The position numbers and the translations under genes are program-made. DNA of 26,437 nucleotides from a virus (Duplodnaviria; Caudoviricetes): IMG/VR virus record IMGVR_UViG_3300038675_000440, positions 1 through 26,437 of that record. One strand, 5' to 3'. Shown piece after piece: positions 25,214 to 26,437 of this stretch. The notes beneath the pieces were generated by a model, which searched no databases, had not been told where the DNA came from, and was given only the letters and a program-made list of their open reading frames with translations. Numbering within the stretch: the first letter of the stretch is position 1; every line of letters starts with the position of its first letter.

Positions 25214-25267
25214 TGTGTACACATTATAGCTTTGTTGTGTACACATTACAATAACTACGTGTACGCA
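25214..25267 (-). promoter_or_regulatory. promoter TTGTAA-N17-TATAAT with three GTGTAC operators at 22-bp spacing
   Basis: TGTGTACACA 25214-25223 and 25236-25245, CGTGTACGCA 25258-25267; -10 at 25223-25228, -35 at 25246-25251. Confidence 0.85.
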
Positions 25268-25726
25268 TTACTCTTTTTCGCGGCCATTGCTTGGTAATTG
25301 GATAACAACGCTTTCACGCATTGGCTTGTTGTCGCTGGTGTGGTCAACCTTGTCGCGCCAGTTAAAGCGGTTTTTCATATTAAATACCCAGACGGTGGTA
25401 TTCCCCTTGGTGTAGTCAATAACTGTTTCCTTGCCTGTTACTGGGTCTGTCTTTTTATCAACCAGGCCAAGTAACATATTACGGCCAACGCGCTCGTAAA
25501 ATATCTGGCACGCCTCAAAACCTTGCTTCTTGGCTGCAATCCACTCTGGGTGCTTGGGTGTACCGTCATCGTTTTTAGCATTCTCCCAAACGTAAAGAGT
25601 TGCCCTGGAAACGCCAATAGTAACGCCAAACGTTTCATAACTCAGCCCCTCGGCCATGTGATTAATCAACTGCTCGCAATATTCGGGCTTGTATTCTGTC
25701 GGTCTGCCGACTGGATTTTCGCTCAT
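25268..25726 (-). CDS. terS: terminase small subunit
   Basis: GRPTEYKPEYCE, HTH GVSRATLYVW, FNMKNRFNWRDK; upstream of terL. Confidence 0.88.
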   Translation of the reverse strand: MSENPVGRPTEYKPEYCEQLINHMAEGLSYETFGVTIGVSRATLYVWENAKNDDGTPKHPEWIAAKKQGFEACQIFYERVGRNMLLGLVDKKTDPVTGKETVIDYTKGNTTVWVFNMKNRFNWRDKVDHTSDNKPMRESVVIQLPSNGREKE

Positions 25727-25770
25727 ATTTTTCCCAGACTTCTTTTTGGTATCTAAAAATTACTAACTAA

Positions 25771-25797
25771 ACTATATCACAACCGTTTGCAAACGCC
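25771..25797 (-). promoter_or_regulatory. extended -10 TGATATAGT with adjacent palindrome CGTTTGCAAACG upstream of terS
   Basis: Same 9-mer as 6441-6449; palindrome resembles the ACCGTTT-N2-AAACGGT operator. Confidence 0.55.
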
Positions 25798-25800
25798 AAT

Positions 25801-25905
25801 TTAATCTAAAAAACTACCAGAGTTAAGCCTATCTGTCAAAAACAAGTAAATAACGCCAACCGCAATTAAAACTGTAACTTGTAGTAACAACTTTATATAT
25901 GACAT
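25801..25905 (-). CDS. small single-TM protein (34 aa), not in ORF track
   Basis: MSYIKLLLQVTVLIAVGVIYLFLTDRLNSGSFLD; TAATG overlap with the upstream gene. Confidence 0.55.
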   Translation of the reverse strand: MSYIKLLLQVTVLIAVGVIYLFLTDRLNSGSFLD

Positions 25906-26381
25906 TAGTACAAATCCTCGCTAAATAATGTACCTGGTAAATATCCACCCCCGTTCATGCTTGGTATGCGTGCCTTATCCTGTATCTGGCGTGCTTCCTC
26001 GCGGGTGCAATATACATTAAAGCTGTCAATAAAGCCTTGGGCTGCGGGGTCGGTATTTGGTTCCAGGCCAGCGTTTTTAATTGTTTTAATACAATCTGCA
26101 TGCCTGTGCCCCCTAAATATTTGTCCGTTATTTGCTACCACTGCCGCGCAAATAATTTGGTTTACTGGTATGTGTAAATTACGACTGGCTAACTCAAAGT
26201 CCTCTGGGTATTTATCGTTTAAATAAGTCAGGGTTGCTTTTACAACGTAAAAAATACCGCTTAATTCTTTTGATACTAGGTTGGCAACGTACTCTTTACC
26301 GTTTGTTGCTATGCCTAAAACTGCATCACCGATTAGGTTTTTCTCTTTACCGTCACTGTCTTGGATTTTAACTGTTGGCAT
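25905..26381 (-). CDS. conserved phage hypothetical protein (158 aa)
   Basis: GAGGA SD; C-terminal ICAA...GHRH...QGF...REEA...LFSEDLY pattern of an uncharacterised phage family. Confidence 0.75.
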   Translation of the reverse strand: MPTVKIQDSDGKEKNLIGDAVLGIATNGKEYVANLVSKELSGIFYVVKATLTYLNDKYPEDFELASRNLHIPVNQIICAAVVANNGQIFRGHRHADCIKTIKNAGLEPNTDPAAQGFIDSFNVYCTREEARQIQDKARIPSMNGGGYLPGTLFSEDLY

Positions 26382-26437
26382 TTTCCTCCTTATGTTAGCA
26401 AAACCCTGCCCGTGTGTGCCATTCGTTTTTATAGGTT

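Noticed and set aside
24824-25267. Complete type II toxin-antitoxin module
   Set aside because: The flanking genes are terS and terL; no Doc, YoeB, RelE or PIN toxin ORF is adjacent
256-26226. Numerous + strand ORFs in the track (e.g. 14330..15271, 20061..20612, 7379..7843)
   Set aside because: They are antisense shadows of minus-strand genes with no SD or recognisable motifs; GA avoidance removes TGA stops on the + strand and lengthens them

Overview
Part of a tailed dsDNA phage (siphovirus-type) genome with essentially all genes on the minus strand. From right to left: small hypotheticals, terminase small subunit, an orphan Phd/YefM-like gene, terminase large subunit, portal fused to a MuF/SPP1-gp7-like domain, an unannotated Com-like zinc-finger gene, a prohead protease-HK97-fold capsid fusion, head-tail and tail genes (with a -1 frameshift chaperone pair and a 568-aa tape measure), Dit, a DUF2341/LamG-like adhesin, a repeat-bearing tail hub, three tandem paralogous tail-fibre/receptor-binding genes, a lysis cluster (holin-like genes, M23 endolysin), a MazG-like gene, a ~600-bp structured non-coding region, then early genes (Zn finger, ERF recombinase, YqaJ exonuclease broken by an in-frame TAA, coiled-coil protein). 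No integrase, repressor, RT, tRNA or CRISPR was recognised. The most notable signals are: (1) a Com-like Zn-finger gene followed by a promoter, four AGAG(G/C)CC motifs and a terminator directly in front of the capsid gene, a candidate RNA-binding antitermination switch; (2) the structured 3464-4073 region with tandem attenuators and repeated hairpins; (3) near-complete avoidance of TC on the coding strand, which also exposes swapped-in modules; (4) a Phd-like regulator with three GTGTAC operators at 22-bp spacing between terS and terL. All family assignments come from motif recognition by eye, with no database searches.
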